A stretch of 64,000 nt of DNA from Longimicrobiales bacterium (GTDB taxonomy: Bacteria > Gemmatimonadota > Gemmatimonadetes > Longimicrobiales > Gaopeijiaceae): contig OZ252251.1 of assembly GCA_965249725.1 (NCBI GenBank), forward strand, positions 128,001 to 192,000. The letters are read 5' to 3'. Below are positions 1-10,134 of this stretch, piece after piece. The notes beneath the pieces are model-generated. The model saw only the letters and a list, made by a program, of their open reading frames with translations. It did no database searches and had not been told where the DNA came from. A program made the translations under genes and the position numbers. How positions within the stretch are numbered: position 1 is the first letter of the stretch; every line of letters begins with the position of its first letter.

Positions 1-2
1 TT

Positions 3-1139
3 TCGGTAGATCCTCCGCTGTTGGGCACCCCACTCGCGCCTCCGGGGCGAAGGGCCATCGCCGTCTTGATCGATCTTTTGGTGGTGGGAATGATCACGGC
101 GCTCACCAGCGGATTCTGGTTCGTCTTCGGCGTGGTCGCGGCGGCATTCTTCTTCACGACGGCGAGAACCCCCGGCAAGGGCGATCGTACATCCAAGATC
201 TTCCGGGCGTTCTTGGGATGCATGGGCGTATCGGTACTGCTCGTGACGGTGATGATCTTCGTCGGTCTTCGCATTCTGAGCGACGGCGACGAGGGCCCGG
301 TGTTCAACGCTTCCGTCACGAGCGACAGTACCGAGATCAACCTGTCTGGTGCTTTCGACGGCGTGCTTGGAGGTATCGCCGAGGGGGCCCAGATCGTCAC
401 TTCGGAGACGCCCGAAGAGGTCGTGGCACTGTCCACGAGGCTCGGACGCCGGCTCGAGTCGACGATGTCGAGGAGCGAGGTGGAGGAGGCGCTCGGGGAG
501 CTCATCCCCGACGAAGTTGGCGACGCCGACGTGGAGGACCTGTTGGAACGGGTGATGGCAAACCTGGATTCGTCTGCCGAGAGCGAGCCGGAGGACCCCA
601 GCGACGAGGCGACGGCCGAGGACGCACAGCGCACGATGACCGAAGCCATGGCGCTGGCGGGCGATACCATCGAAGAACTGCAGGACCGTCTCGACCGCGC
701 GGAGCGCGACCTCGAGCAGACAGAAGCCCAACTCCAGCAGGCGGAGGAGCGGCGGGGCGTCTTCGGGTGGCTGGCGGAGCGGGTCGAATCGCTGGGCTTC
801 GGACTCGGGTGGTGGACCATGTACTTCGCCATCCTGATGCCCTGGATGAACGGACAGACGCCCGGTAAGCGGGCGGTGGGGATTCGGGTCGTACGGTTGG
901 ACGGACAGCCGGTCACCTGGTGGCACGCGTTCGAGCGCGCCGGTGGATACGCCGCCGGGCTCGCGACGGGAACCCTCGGCTTCTTGCAGATCTACTGGGA
1001 CCCGAACCGACAGGCGATCCACGACAAGATCGCCGGCACCGTCGTGACGTTGGACGGCGCCCCCAAGGTGCCGGGGCGTTGGGACCTGGCCGCACAGGGC
1101 GCGGACGGACATACCACTGAAACCCCCGGAGACGCGTGA
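3..1139 (+). CDS. RDD family membrane protein with a large acidic/coiled-coil insert (probably 5'-truncated by the window)
   Basis: N-terminal RDD motif (LAPPGRRAIAVLID) and C-terminal RDD motifs (GQTPGKRAVGIRVV, HDKIAGTVV); the frame is open to the window edge. Confidence 0.8.
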   Translation, partial: SVDPPLLGTPLAPPGRRAIAVLIDLLVVGMITALTSGFWFVFGVVAAAFFFTTARTPGKGDRTSKIFRAFLGCMGVSVLLVTVMIFVGLRILSDGDEGPVFNASVTSDSTEINLSGAFDGVLGGIAEGAQIVTSETPEEVVALSTRLGRRLESTMSRSEVEEALGELIPDEVGDADVEDLLERVMANLDSSAESEPEDPSDEATAEDAQRTMTEAMALAGDTIEELQDRLDRAERDLEQTEAQLQQAEERRGVFGWLAERVESLGFGLGWWTMYFAILMPWMNGQTPGKRAVGIRVVRLDGQPVTWWHAFERAGGYAAGLATGTLGFLQIYWDPNRQAIHDKIAGTVVTLDGAPKVPGRWDLAAQGADGHTTETPGDA

Positions 1140-1993
1140 CTGAAGAGCTGAACGAAATCGAGGAGCCCTCCACCACCGACGGCGCCGGACGTACGGTCGA
1201 AGAGCGGTTCGCCCGTCGCATTCAGATCAACGTCCCCGACCGCCACAGCCCCAGGCTCCAGGCCCTCATGGAGATCGTGAACGCCGACGATGATCTCTAT
1301 GCGCTCTGGGTGGCCAGCAACGTGGTCGCGATCGAGCGTCTGGACATGACGGACCACGGTCCGGTGCACGTGAAGATCGTCACGAACATCGCCCTGAAGA
1401 TGCTGCGGCTCCTGGTCGACGCCGGTGTCCAACCTTCGGTGGTAGAAAACTACCGACTCGAGGTGCAGGACGCAGAGGCGGTGGTGGTCCTGGGGGCACT
1501 GCTTCACGACCTCGGAATGTCCATCCAGCGATCGGACCACGAGAGCTACTCTCTCTTCGTCGCCCAGGACAAGCTCAAAGCCATCCTCCCGCAATTGTAC
1601 GACACGGCCACCTCGGCGATCATGCGGAGCGAGGTGCTCCACGCCATCATCTCGCACCGGTCCGGCGGTAGGCCGCTGACGATCGAAGCCGGCGTTGTGC
1701 GGATCGCCGATGCGCTGGACATGGCCAAGGGTCGTTCGCGAATCCCGTTCGAGAAGGGCTCGGAGAGCATTCACTCGGTGTCCGCAGCCGCCATCGACTC
1801 CGTGTCGATCGACGCCGGATCGGATCGGCCCGTCTGCCTCACCGTGGAGATCACCAACTCCGCAGGCATCTTTCAGCTCGACCAGCTGTTCCGGGAGAAG
1901 CTCAAGGGAAGCGGCCTCGAGGAGCACGTGGAGCTCCGCGCTGTCCTCCAGGGTGACACGGAGCAGAGACTATTCAAGGAGTTCCGGATTTGA
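1136..1993 (+). CDS. HD-superfamily metal-dependent phosphohydrolase
   Basis: DHGPVH, LLHDLG, IISH and IADALD motifs; GTGA overlap with the upstream stop. Confidence 0.85.
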   Translation: MTEELNEIEEPSTTDGAGRTVEERFARRIQINVPDRHSPRLQALMEIVNADDDLYALWVASNVVAIERLDMTDHGPVHVKIVTNIALKMLRLLVDAGVQPSVVENYRLEVQDAEAVVVLGALLHDLGMSIQRSDHESYSLFVAQDKLKAILPQLYDTATSAIMRSEVLHAIISHRSGGRPLTIEAGVVRIADALDMAKGRSRIPFEKGSESIHSVSAAAIDSVSIDAGSDRPVCLTVEITNSAGIFQLDQLFREKLKGSGLEEHVELRAVLQGDTEQRLFKEFRI

Positions 1994-2060
1994 GGTCGAG
2001 TCACCCTATGCCTTCCACGGACCTCTAGTGCCGGGTCTCTAGACCCGCAACCGACGCTCC

Positions 2061-2795
2061 ATGGACTCCGTCAGCATCTCGCTTCCGTTCGCCTTTCTCG
2101 CGGGTCTGGTGTCGTTTCTGTCTCCGTGTGTGCTCCCCGTGGTTCCGACGTACGTCACGTATGTCTCGGGACTGACGCTCGACGAGCTCGCCGCGGACGG
2201 TTCGGGCGCGCGTCGCAAGGCGGTGCTCCACTCGGCACTCTTCATCCTGGGTTTTCTGCTCGTCTTCATGACATTGGGCGCGTCGGCGACGGCCGCGGGC
2301 CAGACCTTCAACCGCATGCTCCCGCTCATTTCGCGGCTGGGCGGAGTGGTGGTCCTCTTCTTCGGGCTTCTGCTACTCGACTGGGTCCGCCTACCCGCAC
2401 TCGCTCGTGACATCCGAGTGCATTTGCGGTCGAAACCCACCGGAGCCCTAGGGTCTCTGGTGGTGGGAGTGATCTTCGGCGCCGGATGGACGCCGTGCAT
2501 CGGTCCCATCCTGGCGACCATTCTCTTCTACGCGACCATGGAGGCCACGGTGGCCCAGGGGACCCTGCTCCTGGCCGTGTACGGGTTGGGTCTGGGAGTC
2601 CCGTTTCTCGTGTCGGCCGTGGCATTCAACTGGTTTCTTGCTAGCTTCGGGGCGGTTAGACGCTGGGCCCTGCCGGCCCAGAGAGTGGCCGGGATCCTTT
2701 TGATCGTGGCAGGAGTTCTGCTCGTTACCGGAAAGTTCGCGTCCGTCTCGGCGTCTCTGGCCGACCTCGGGCAGTGGATCAATCTGGAGATATGA
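2061..2795 (+). CDS. ccdA: Cytochrome c biogenesis / thiol-disulfide transporter CcdA
   Basis: LSPCVLP and WTPCIGPIL cysteine motifs; about six TM segments. Confidence 0.9.
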   Translation: MDSVSISLPFAFLAGLVSFLSPCVLPVVPTYVTYVSGLTLDELAADGSGARRKAVLHSALFILGFLLVFMTLGASATAAGQTFNRMLPLISRLGGVVVLFFGLLLLDWVRLPALARDIRVHLRSKPTGALGSLVVGVIFGAGWTPCIGPILATILFYATMEATVAQGTLLLAVYGLGLGVPFLVSAVAFNWFLASFGAVRRWALPAQRVAGILLIVAGVLLVTGKFASVSASLADLGQWINLEI

Positions 2796-3604
2796 TGATC
2801 CGTTCGAGCGCATCGACCCGAAGGCCGGGGTTGAGAGCCTTTGTGGTGCCGGTGCTTCTCGGCACCGCTCTCTCGCTGTTCTCCGGTGCGTGCGCGTCGG
2901 ACCAGGACGCCCCCACCGACGAAGCTCGCCTCACCACCCGCGGGGCAGGCGACCTCCTGGCTACCGGAGCCCCCGCTGCGCCCGTACCCGAGGGCTTCGA
3001 GAGCCTGACCCGGCCGCCGCCCAATACGCCCCCCCAAGAGCAGATTACACTCGAGATGCTCGGGGTGGATTTCGGGAGCGACGAGGCTCCGGCGCGCATT
3101 CTCGAGCTCTTCGACTTCGGATGTGGGTTCTGCCGCAAGTTCCACAAGGAGACCTTGCCAGCGCTGACCGCGAAGTACATCGAAGACGGGAAGCTCCTGT
3201 GGAAGGCCGTTCCCTTCGTTATCGGTAATTGGGCCAACTCAGTTCCGGCCACCATGGCCGCGGAGTGCGCCCTCGGTCAGGGGACCGATCAGTATGAGCA
3301 GATGGCCGAGGCTCTCTTCGACCGTCAGTCGGATTGGAAGCAGGCCTCCGAGCCCGAGGCGGTCATCGACGAGATCGCGATGGACCTGGGGCTCGACATG
3401 GAGGCGTTCCAGGCGTGCCTGGCCAGCGACGAGTACCTATGGAGGGTGCAGGCACATACGTCTCTGGCCCGACAGATCGGCGTCCGGGGCACCCCGACGT
3501 TCGTCGTCGTGGGATACGCACCGTTCTCCGGCGCCCTGCCCCTCGAACTCTTCGAAGAGATCATCGACACGGTGCTCGTGAACGCGGCGGCCGACACCCC
3601 GTAA
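2792..3604 (+). CDS. DsbA/thioredoxin-fold lipoprotein
   Basis: CGFC active site, GTPTF cis-Pro loop, lipobox-like FSGAC; ATGA overlap with ccdA. Confidence 0.85.
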   Translation: MMIRSSASTRRPGLRAFVVPVLLGTALSLFSGACASDQDAPTDEARLTTRGAGDLLATGAPAAPVPEGFESLTRPPPNTPPQEQITLEMLGVDFGSDEAPARILELFDFGCGFCRKFHKETLPALTAKYIEDGKLLWKAVPFVIGNWANSVPATMAAECALGQGTDQYEQMAEALFDRQSDWKQASEPEAVIDEIAMDLGLDMEAFQACLASDEYLWRVQAHTSLARQIGVRGTPTFVVVGYAPFSGALPLELFEEIIDTVLVNAAADTP

Positions 3605-3623
3605 CCGGCAGCGAACCGCATCA

Positions 3624-4529
3624 GTGACTACTAGCCGACGCCGGAGCCGTCTCACCGGGCTCGGCCGTTCGGTCGGGCTCGGCACCGTACCCCTCGTCCT
3701 GTCGTGCGGCCTGTCGATCGGAGACGGCCCGGGATGCCGTTTGGACGGGGCGCCCGTAGCGCTGCCCGAGATCCTGGACGAAACCAGCGGCCTGGCCGTG
3801 GGCATCCGAGACCCCAGCCGCATCTGGAGCCACAACGACTCGGGCCACGAGCCCCAGCTCTTTGCGCTGGACCACGCCGGCGTCCTCCATGCCACCGTCG
3901 AGGTCGATCACAGGAATCGCGACTGGGAGGACATGGACAGGGCGCGCTGTGGGGAGGGCTCGTGCCTGTACCTGGCCGACACAGGTGACAACCTGGAACG
4001 CCATGACCAAGTAGCCCTGTACCGCTTTCCGGAGCCCGACGGTCGCTCGGACGGAGCGGCGGGCGCCGAGGAGTACCTGATGAAGTTCCCCGACGGGCCC
4101 CGGGATGTGGAGGCGATGTACATCCTTCCGGACGAGAGGATCTTCTTCATCACCAAGGGGCGAAACCACCCCATCACGGTTTTTCGCTACCCGCCGCCGC
4201 TAAGGTCGGACCAGGTGGTCACACTCGAGGCTGTCCAAGAGATGAGTGACGGCGCCGTCGCCCCACCTCGCTACGTAACCGGCGCTTCGGCCACACTGGA
4301 CGGCTCCAAGGTGGTGGTCCGAACGTACGAGACTCTGGAGTTCTTCGGGGTGGGAGAGAACGGAGAGCTTCGTCCGACAGACGACGGTCGTGTGAACCTA
4401 CGGACCCTCCGGGAACCCCAGGGCGAAGCAGTGGCGTTCCTCCCCGACGGTCGCCTCGTCCTCAGCTCGGAGTCGGGGTTTACGTCGCTCCCGTCGATCG
4501 TGATGCTGACCTGCGAGATGGATCACTAA
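3624..4529 (+). CDS. Secreted/lipoprotein hypothetical, likely beta-propeller
   Basis: Repeated blade-like motifs ETSGLA, HNDSG, DWEDM, DTGDN, QGEAV; function unassigned. Confidence 0.6.
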   Translation: MTTSRRRSRLTGLGRSVGLGTVPLVLSCGLSIGDGPGCRLDGAPVALPEILDETSGLAVGIRDPSRIWSHNDSGHEPQLFALDHAGVLHATVEVDHRNRDWEDMDRARCGEGSCLYLADTGDNLERHDQVALYRFPEPDGRSDGAAGAEEYLMKFPDGPRDVEAMYILPDERIFFITKGRNHPITVFRYPPPLRSDQVVTLEAVQEMSDGAVAPPRYVTGASATLDGSKVVVRTYETLEFFGVGENGELRPTDDGRVNLRTLREPQGEAVAFLPDGRLVLSSESGFTSLPSIVMLTCEMDH

Positions 4530-4552
4530 CACCTTCCCCGTCCGGAGTTCCC

Positions 4553-5581
4553 ATGGGTGCGAACACCACACGTCGACTCAGAACCGCCCTCATGCTAATG
4601 CTGGTCTGTATTCCAGTCGCCCTCAGCTACGAGTTCATCGAGTCCGCGCTGAACAGCGACCATGCCAAAGTGTCGTTCATCGGCGTGTTCGTCGGCGTCG
4701 TCCTCGCGTTGCCCCTGGCGATACTCGAGGAGTCCGGGTTCGACGAGCGAATGAGGCGCCTGCCGTTCTCGGTGGCGGTCGTCGCGAAATCTCTCACGTA
4801 CATCGCCGCACTCTTCGTGGCCTTCTCCCTCGCCGGTTTGGTGGTCGGACTGCTGCAGGGCCTGCGCTGGGCGGACTTCTGGGCGTCCATGGCCGAGCCC
4901 GGACTCTACGTGCAGATGGCAGTCGGGTTCGTTCTCTACATGATCATCGTCTTCTTTCGACAACTCGATCGGCTCCTCGGTCCAGGCGTGCTGGTCCGGT
5001 ACATCCTGGGCCGATATCACCGGCCCCGTAGTGAAGCCCGCATCTTCATGTTTCTGGATCTCAAGTCGTCGACGACCCTGGGCGAGGAACTGGACCGCGA
5101 TAGCTACTACGGGTTGCTCAACGAGTTCTTCCGTGACATCTCCGGCCCGGTGCTCGACAGCGAGGGAGAGATCTACGAGTACGTCGGCGACGAAGCGGTC
5201 ATCACGTGGAAGGAGGAGCGCGGGATCAAGGACGCGAACTGCATCCGCGTGTTCTTCGAAATCGATCGGGTCATCGAGAAGAAGCGGCAGAGCTACCTGG
5301 ATCGATTCGGTGTCGCGCCGGAGTACAAGGCGGGCGTCCACGTCGGTGACGTGGTCGCTGCCGAGATCGGAGACTTGAAGAAGGCCCTGGTCTTCAACGG
5401 CGACGTACTGAATACGGGCGCCCGGATTCAGGCGGAGTGTGGCCGCCTGGGCAAGCGTCTTCTCTCATCGGCCGCCCTCTTCGAGCGTCTGGTTCTTCCG
5501 GAGGGGCGAACGGCCGAACAGTTGGGGCCCACGGCTTTGCGCGGGAAGGCCGAACCGGTAAACCTGGTGGCGTTCGCCTGA
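4553..5581 (+). CDS. Membrane-bound class III adenylate/guanylate cyclase
   Basis: Four N-terminal TM segments; FLDLKSST, YVGDE, GDVLNTGARIQ. Confidence 0.9.
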   Translation: MGANTTRRLRTALMLMLVCIPVALSYEFIESALNSDHAKVSFIGVFVGVVLALPLAILEESGFDERMRRLPFSVAVVAKSLTYIAALFVAFSLAGLVVGLLQGLRWADFWASMAEPGLYVQMAVGFVLYMIIVFFRQLDRLLGPGVLVRYILGRYHRPRSEARIFMFLDLKSSTTLGEELDRDSYYGLLNEFFRDISGPVLDSEGEIYEYVGDEAVITWKEERGIKDANCIRVFFEIDRVIEKKRQSYLDRFGVAPEYKAGVHVGDVVAAEIGDLKKALVFNGDVLNTGARIQAECGRLGKRLLSSAALFERLVLPEGRTAEQLGPTALRGKAEPVNLVAFA

Positions 5582-5589
5582 TCTGCTCG

Positions 5590-6083
5590 TCATTGACCCA
5601 GGGGCTTCTTGAAGCAGACGATGCGCCCTGCCTCCGAGAATCCCGCCGCAGTGTGGAAGGCTTGGCTCGCCTCGTTCTCGATTGCGCAGTCTGAGCCGAA
5701 CTCCGTGAAACCGCTGGATCGGGCCCATGCTTCCGCCTCACGGACCAAGGCGAGCGCAACGCCGGTCCGACGGACATCAGGATCCACCCAGATCCCTCGA
5801 GGTAGGCCACGGGCGAGCTGTCGCAGCCCTCGGCAAACCTCCTGGTGCCGAGCTCTGCAAAGCCGCAGAGCCGACCCTCTCGGCCCTCGGCACCCGGGCG
5901 CTCGGCCGCCGAGCGCTCCGCCGCCGAACGCTCCGCCGCCGAACGCTCCGCCACCAGGATCTCTGCGTCGGGAGGAGGTGCCGCCAGCAACGTGTCGACC
6001 TCAGCTTCCTTCGAATCCCGCCAGAGCGCTTGGCGCATCCGCACCAGTTCGTCGCGGTCGGACAGGCGTAGGCGTCGGATCAC
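5590..6083 (-). pseudogene. AAC(6')-I-like GNAT acetyltransferase, frameshifted near 5795
   Basis: FAEGCDSSPVAYLEG in one frame continues as IWVDPDVRRTG...FGSDCAIENEASQAFH in another; one base missing at GAG GG ATC. May be a sequencing error. Confidence 0.8.
5899..5952. repeat. 15-bp tandem repeat x3.6 (encodes AERSA)
   Basis: cgctccgccgccgaa units read directly. Confidence 0.9.
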
Positions 6084-6132
6084 GGAGTAGTGTTCAATCG
6101 GATACCGTCGGGTCGGACATGATGCCCTTCTC

Positions 6133-6731
6133 CTACAGGTCGGGATCCGCCTCCATCCGTCCCGACGACGGGAGTCGAGCTCGGTCGTTCACCGGGACCG
6201 GTAGATCCTGAGTCGCCACCAAGAGCACCAACGCTTCCAGACGGTCGGCCGCGGACTTCACCCATCCCATCCATCGACCCTTACGGAGCATGATCTTCGA
6301 TACGAAGACGCGCATCTCGGTCACACACCCGGCCGACGTGACCCTGAAGCCGAGACCCCTGCGATCCCGCCATGTGATCTGATCTTCCTCGAGCTTCACC
6401 TGAGCCGGCCCTTCACGGTAAGGCTGGAAGAGGCGTACCGCCCGCATGAGCTGTTCGGAGCTGATCTCGACCGGAATCGTTCGGACCGTCCAAAGGAATG
6501 TCACGAGGAGCCCCGACCTCTGCACCGGATGCCTGCGGACCTCCGTAGCGGCGGCCTGTTGGGCCTCCGCGATGGCGCGCTCCACGGCCTGTGAGCCAAA
6601 CCCGGCTTCTCCGGCAATCGACCGGAGTTCCGCGACCGTGACGGGTCTCGTGTCCTCCGACCCCTCGATCTCCGCGGCTCGCCTAGAATGCGGTCGGCAT
6701 CGAGCTTGGAGAAACTTGGCAGGTTGTTCAT
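6133..6731 (-). pseudogene. Hypothetical protein, frameshifted near 6684
   Basis: MNNLPSFSKLDADRIL joins RRAAEIEGSEDTRPVTVAELRSIAGEAG in another frame if one base is restored. Confidence 0.6.
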
Positions 6732-6872
6732 ACGCTTCAGGGTTACAGCCGAGCCGGCCCGACGGACTGCCGCGCGGTTCTGGCTCCAAGGATCGCCAAC
6801 CTGCAGGGCCGCCGATACTCGGCGCAAGCAACGAGGGTTGCTTCAACCGGCGGCTCACTCGATCGTCACCGA

Positions 6873-7907
6873 ATGCGCTGCCTCACCCTCATCCATCTGA
6901 CGGCCATCGCCGCTCTGCTCGTCGCCGTCCCGCTCACGGCCCGGGGACAGCAACGTCCCGGCGTCGTTGTCATCACTACGGGCGGGACCATCGCCGGCAG
7001 CCCGGGCGGAGCCCTATCGGGAGACAGCCTGGTTGGAGCGGTACCGGAGCTGCTCGAGCACGCAAACGTGAGTGTCGAGGAGATCTATCGGATCGGCTCT
7101 TCACAGATGACGCCGAATCACTGGCTCTCGCTTGCGAAGCGAGTGAACGAGTTGTTGAGGGCTGATCCCGACCTCAGCGGCATCGTGATCACACACGGGA
7201 CGGACACGCTCGAGGAGACGGCGTTCTTCCTGAACCTGACCGTGCGTGACCCGCGGCCGGTCGTCATGGTCGGTGCGATGCGTACCGCCGACGCGATCTC
7301 GGCCGACGGTCCCGGGAACCTGCTCAACGCCGTTCGGGTCGCCGTCTCGCCCGAGGCCGTCGGAAAGGGTGTTCTCGTCGTGCTCAACGAGGACATCGGC
7401 GCGGCCCGCGACATATGGAAGACGCACAACCAACGGGTGGAGACGTTCCGGTCTCCCGAATTGGGCTTCCTGGGTTACGTGGATCCCGATGAAGTGGTTT
7501 TCCACCGCGAGACGCTGCGGCCACACACTACGGGGAGTCCGTTCGATGTAACCGGGCTCGAAGAACTCCCCCGTGTCGACATCGTCAGCGACTACGCTGG
7601 ATCGGACGGCCGCATCCTGACGAACGCCGCCGAACAGGCCCCTGATGGCATCGTGGTGATCACGTTCGCGGGGGGCCGCATGAGCGCGGGCACGCAGATG
7701 GGTCTCCAGGCCGCGGTCGCGGCGGGGGTGCCCGTAGTGATCGCGTCGAGGGTGCCAGGCGGCAGGATCGTCGGCAATCCGGCTGAACGCTTCGGGGCGT
7801 TGCAGTCCTCGGACTTGCCGGCCAACAAGACGCGCATCCTGCTGATGTTGGGACTGACGCAGACGACGAGCCCCTCCGAGCTGCAGAGGATTCTCGACCT
7901 CTTCTAG
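6873..7907 (+). CDS. Secreted L-asparaginase (type II-like)
   Basis: Signal peptide; TGGTIA and HGTDTLEET catalytic motifs. Confidence 0.92.
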   Translation: MRCLTLIHLTAIAALLVAVPLTARGQQRPGVVVITTGGTIAGSPGGALSGDSLVGAVPELLEHANVSVEEIYRIGSSQMTPNHWLSLAKRVNELLRADPDLSGIVITHGTDTLEETAFFLNLTVRDPRPVVMVGAMRTADAISADGPGNLLNAVRVAVSPEAVGKGVLVVLNEDIGAARDIWKTHNQRVETFRSPELGFLGYVDPDEVVFHRETLRPHTTGSPFDVTGLEELPRVDIVSDYAGSDGRILTNAAEQAPDGIVVITFAGGRMSAGTQMGLQAAVAAGVPVVIASRVPGGRIVGNPAERFGALQSSDLPANKTRILLMLGLTQTTSPSELQRILDLF

Positions 7908-7939
7908 GAGCCCGGACGCGGTCTACGCCGGGCGTACCG

Positions 7940-9334
7940 CTACCGGACCCGGGGGCCCTCCGTCTCCTGGCCGCCCTGGTGGAGCGTCAGGGCTGTGGCC
8001 TTGCCATCGTCGAGCTGGAAGACCACTCGAACCGCATCATCGAAGGTGGGCACGAAGAGGTCGTCTCCTTGGGCCCTGAGCCTGAACTCACTCTGCCCCG
8101 TCGCTCCGGCAAAGAGCTGGCCATCCCGCACGACGACAGTCAACTCGAACTCGGGCGCGAGTTGATAGACACCCTCGTAGGCGGCCAGCGCTTCGGCGGA
8201 GAGCGCTACGTCCACAACGGGTGGCACCTCGATTCCCAGCGCCCACTTCGCGATGACCTCGGCCATGCGTCCCGGATGTCCCCCTTCCGTGTTCGAGAGC
8301 ACCACCACATCCAGTTCCTCCTCCGGGTAGGTCGCCAACATGGTGTTGAACCCGTTGATCCCTCCCCCGTGGGACACACGGGCATGTTCGTTGAGCTCTC
8401 CGACGCCAAGCCCAAATCCATAGCCCGTCGCCGATCCGTCGCTGAGGGTCGCGGGCGTGGTCATCTGTCGATAGCTCTCGCCGGATACCACCTGTCCGGC
8501 CCTCAGGGCGGAAGCCCAGGAGAGCAGATCCGGAACGGTAGAACAAAGTGCGCCGGCCGCGCCGGGTTGGTTCATCGAGAGGTAGAGGTCGTTCATCAGC
8601 TCCCCATTCACCGCCTCATAGCCCTCGGCCCTGGCCGGAATGATCGGTCGCTCGTCGCAGTACGAAGAGCCCGTGAGACCGAGGGGCCCGAAGAGATGGG
8701 CATCGAGGTACTCCCGGTACGTCTCGCCACTCGCCCGCTCGATGATCATGCCCAGCAGATAGAAGCCCGAGTTGTTGTAGCGATACTGTTCGCTCGGCTC
8801 GAAATCGAAGGGCTCCTCCTGGAAGAGCGCCAGGAGCTCCTCGTCCGTCAGATCCAGGGTCATTTTGGGCCGCCACGCCTCGAGGCCCGTGTAGCTCTTG
8901 ATGCCTGACGTATGCGTGAGGAGGTGCCGGATCGTGATGTGACGCCCCTTCGTCGGATAGTCGAGCAGATAAGTGGTCATGGACTCGTCGAGGCTGATCT
9001 TGCCGTCTTCGACGAGCTGCACCACGGCCGCCGCCGTGAACTGCTTGGTGATGGACCCGATGCGGTAAACCGTTTCGGCAGTGGCCGGAGCCCCGAGCTC
9101 GATGTCCGCCTGCCCGTAGCCCTTCACCAGCAGCAGATCGCCACCGCGCTTGACGCCGATACTCACCGCCGCGACGGGGCCCTCGGCCAACGTCGCTTCG
9201 GCCAGCGAGTCGATCTTGCTCACCAAGTCGCCACCCCACAGGGCCTCCTGCCCGGCAGCGGGACGCGGAAGGAGTGGGCCGCCGACAGTGAGGGTCAGCA
9301 CGATTGCCAGGGTGATCGAGATGCGGCTTCTCAT
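7940..9334 (-). CDS. Serine hydrolase, beta-lactamase/class C PBP-like family, with C-terminal extra domain
   Basis: SITK, LLTHTSG, YNN and HGG motifs; signal peptide from MRSRIS. Confidence 0.88.
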   Translation of the reverse strand: MRSRISITLAIVLTLTVGGPLLPRPAAGQEALWGGDLVSKIDSLAEATLAEGPVAAVSIGVKRGGDLLLVKGYGQADIELGAPATAETVYRIGSITKQFTAAAVVQLVEDGKISLDESMTTYLLDYPTKGRHITIRHLLTHTSGIKSYTGLEAWRPKMTLDLTDEELLALFQEEPFDFEPSEQYRYNNSGFYLLGMIIERASGETYREYLDAHLFGPLGLTGSSYCDERPIIPARAEGYEAVNGELMNDLYLSMNQPGAAGALCSTVPDLLSWASALRAGQVVSGESYRQMTTPATLSDGSATGYGFGLGVGELNEHARVSHGGGINGFNTMLATYPEEELDVVVLSNTEGGHPGRMAEVIAKWALGIEVPPVVDVALSAEALAAYEGVYQLAPEFELTVVVRDGQLFAGATGQSEFRLRAQGDDLFVPTFDDAVRVVFQLDDGKATALTLHQGGQETEGPRVR

Positions 9335-9371
9335 GTTGTTTCTCCAGACCGCGTTTGACGACGGGTCGATT

Positions 9372-9782
9372 TCAGTTGGCCGAGCGATCAGGATCGCCCG
9401 GCGTGTCAACGGGCCAAGGCGGCATCCACATCAGTTTGCCGAATCCGAGGGCTTGAGCGGCGAAGATACCGGCGATAGGCCAACCCCACGTCCCTACGGC
9501 TCCGTCCATGAGAGCAGAGGTCAGGGAACCCGAGGTTATGACGCCGAATCCGAAGTTGGCGATCACGATAGGACGACCATAGATACCCCCGTAGATCGCC
9601 CCTCGGCCCATCCAGTTCAACGTCGCGATGGCAAAGAGCCCACCCGCGAGGAGTTGCACAGGGAGCTGGGCCGTCGAGTCCCAGTCGAGCGCACGTGCGA
9701 GTTCCTGAGGGAAGAAGAGGGTCGCTCCACCCAAGATGGCGAACACTCCCGCCGTCCCAATCATCATCACCCTCGTCGGCAT
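9372..9782 (-). CDS. Small four-TM hypothetical membrane protein
   Basis: Hydrophobic ORF with GGIYGRP; start uncertain. Confidence 0.6.
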   Translation of the reverse strand: MPTRVMMIGTAGVFAILGGATLFFPQELARALDWDSTAQLPVQLLAGGLFAIATLNWMGRGAIYGGIYGRPIVIANFGFGVITSGSLTSALMDGAVGTWGWPIAGIFAAQALGFGKLMWMPPWPVDTPGDPDRSAN

Positions 9783-9911
9783 CGGTCTCGGGGTTGGAGC
9801 ATTGCCGGTGGATCCGTCTACCAATTGCGCGTCCACAATCGCTGAGGGGACCGGTCGGGGGCAAGGAACGGGGTGGGCGGAAGTCACCTTCGTCCGAGTG
9901 GATAGACGACC

Positions 9912-10070
9912 TCAGACCTCCACTGCCCGGACGCAGGTGTGCTCGCGGGCGGTCCTGGCCAGTCGGCCATCAGCCGTATAGAGAGTCGCCCCTACCGCCT
10001 CCGCCAACGCTACGTAGATCGCATCGTACACGGTGAGGTTGTCGCGAAGTGAGAACGCCCGAGCCAGAAC
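9912..10070 (-). pseudogene. C-terminal remnant of a VapC/PIN-domain toxin
   Basis: AFSLRDNLTVYDAIYVALAEAVGATLYTADGRL is a PIN C-terminal signature; the N-terminal half and an antitoxin gene are absent. Confidence 0.75.
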
Positions 10071-10073
10071 ATA

Positions 10074-10102
10074 TTGACGGATCCACCGACGCAAACCATA
10101 TT
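10074..10102 (+). promoter_or_regulatory. Sigma70-type promoter of the marR-arsM unit
   Basis: TTGACG-N17-CATATT. Confidence 0.6.
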
Positions 10103-10103
10103 G

Positions 10104-10120
10104 GTTGTATCTTACAACTA
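10104..10120. promoter_or_regulatory. Putative MarR operator 1
   Basis: GTTGTA-TCT-TACAAC inverted repeat immediately after the -10 element. Confidence 0.65.
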
Positions 10121-10134
10121 TCAGCGAGCACGCA

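Noticed and set aside
7940..9334. Calling the serine hydrolases true beta-lactamases
   Set aside because: Their motifs fit the broad esterase/peptidase family; substrate cannot be inferred from sequence
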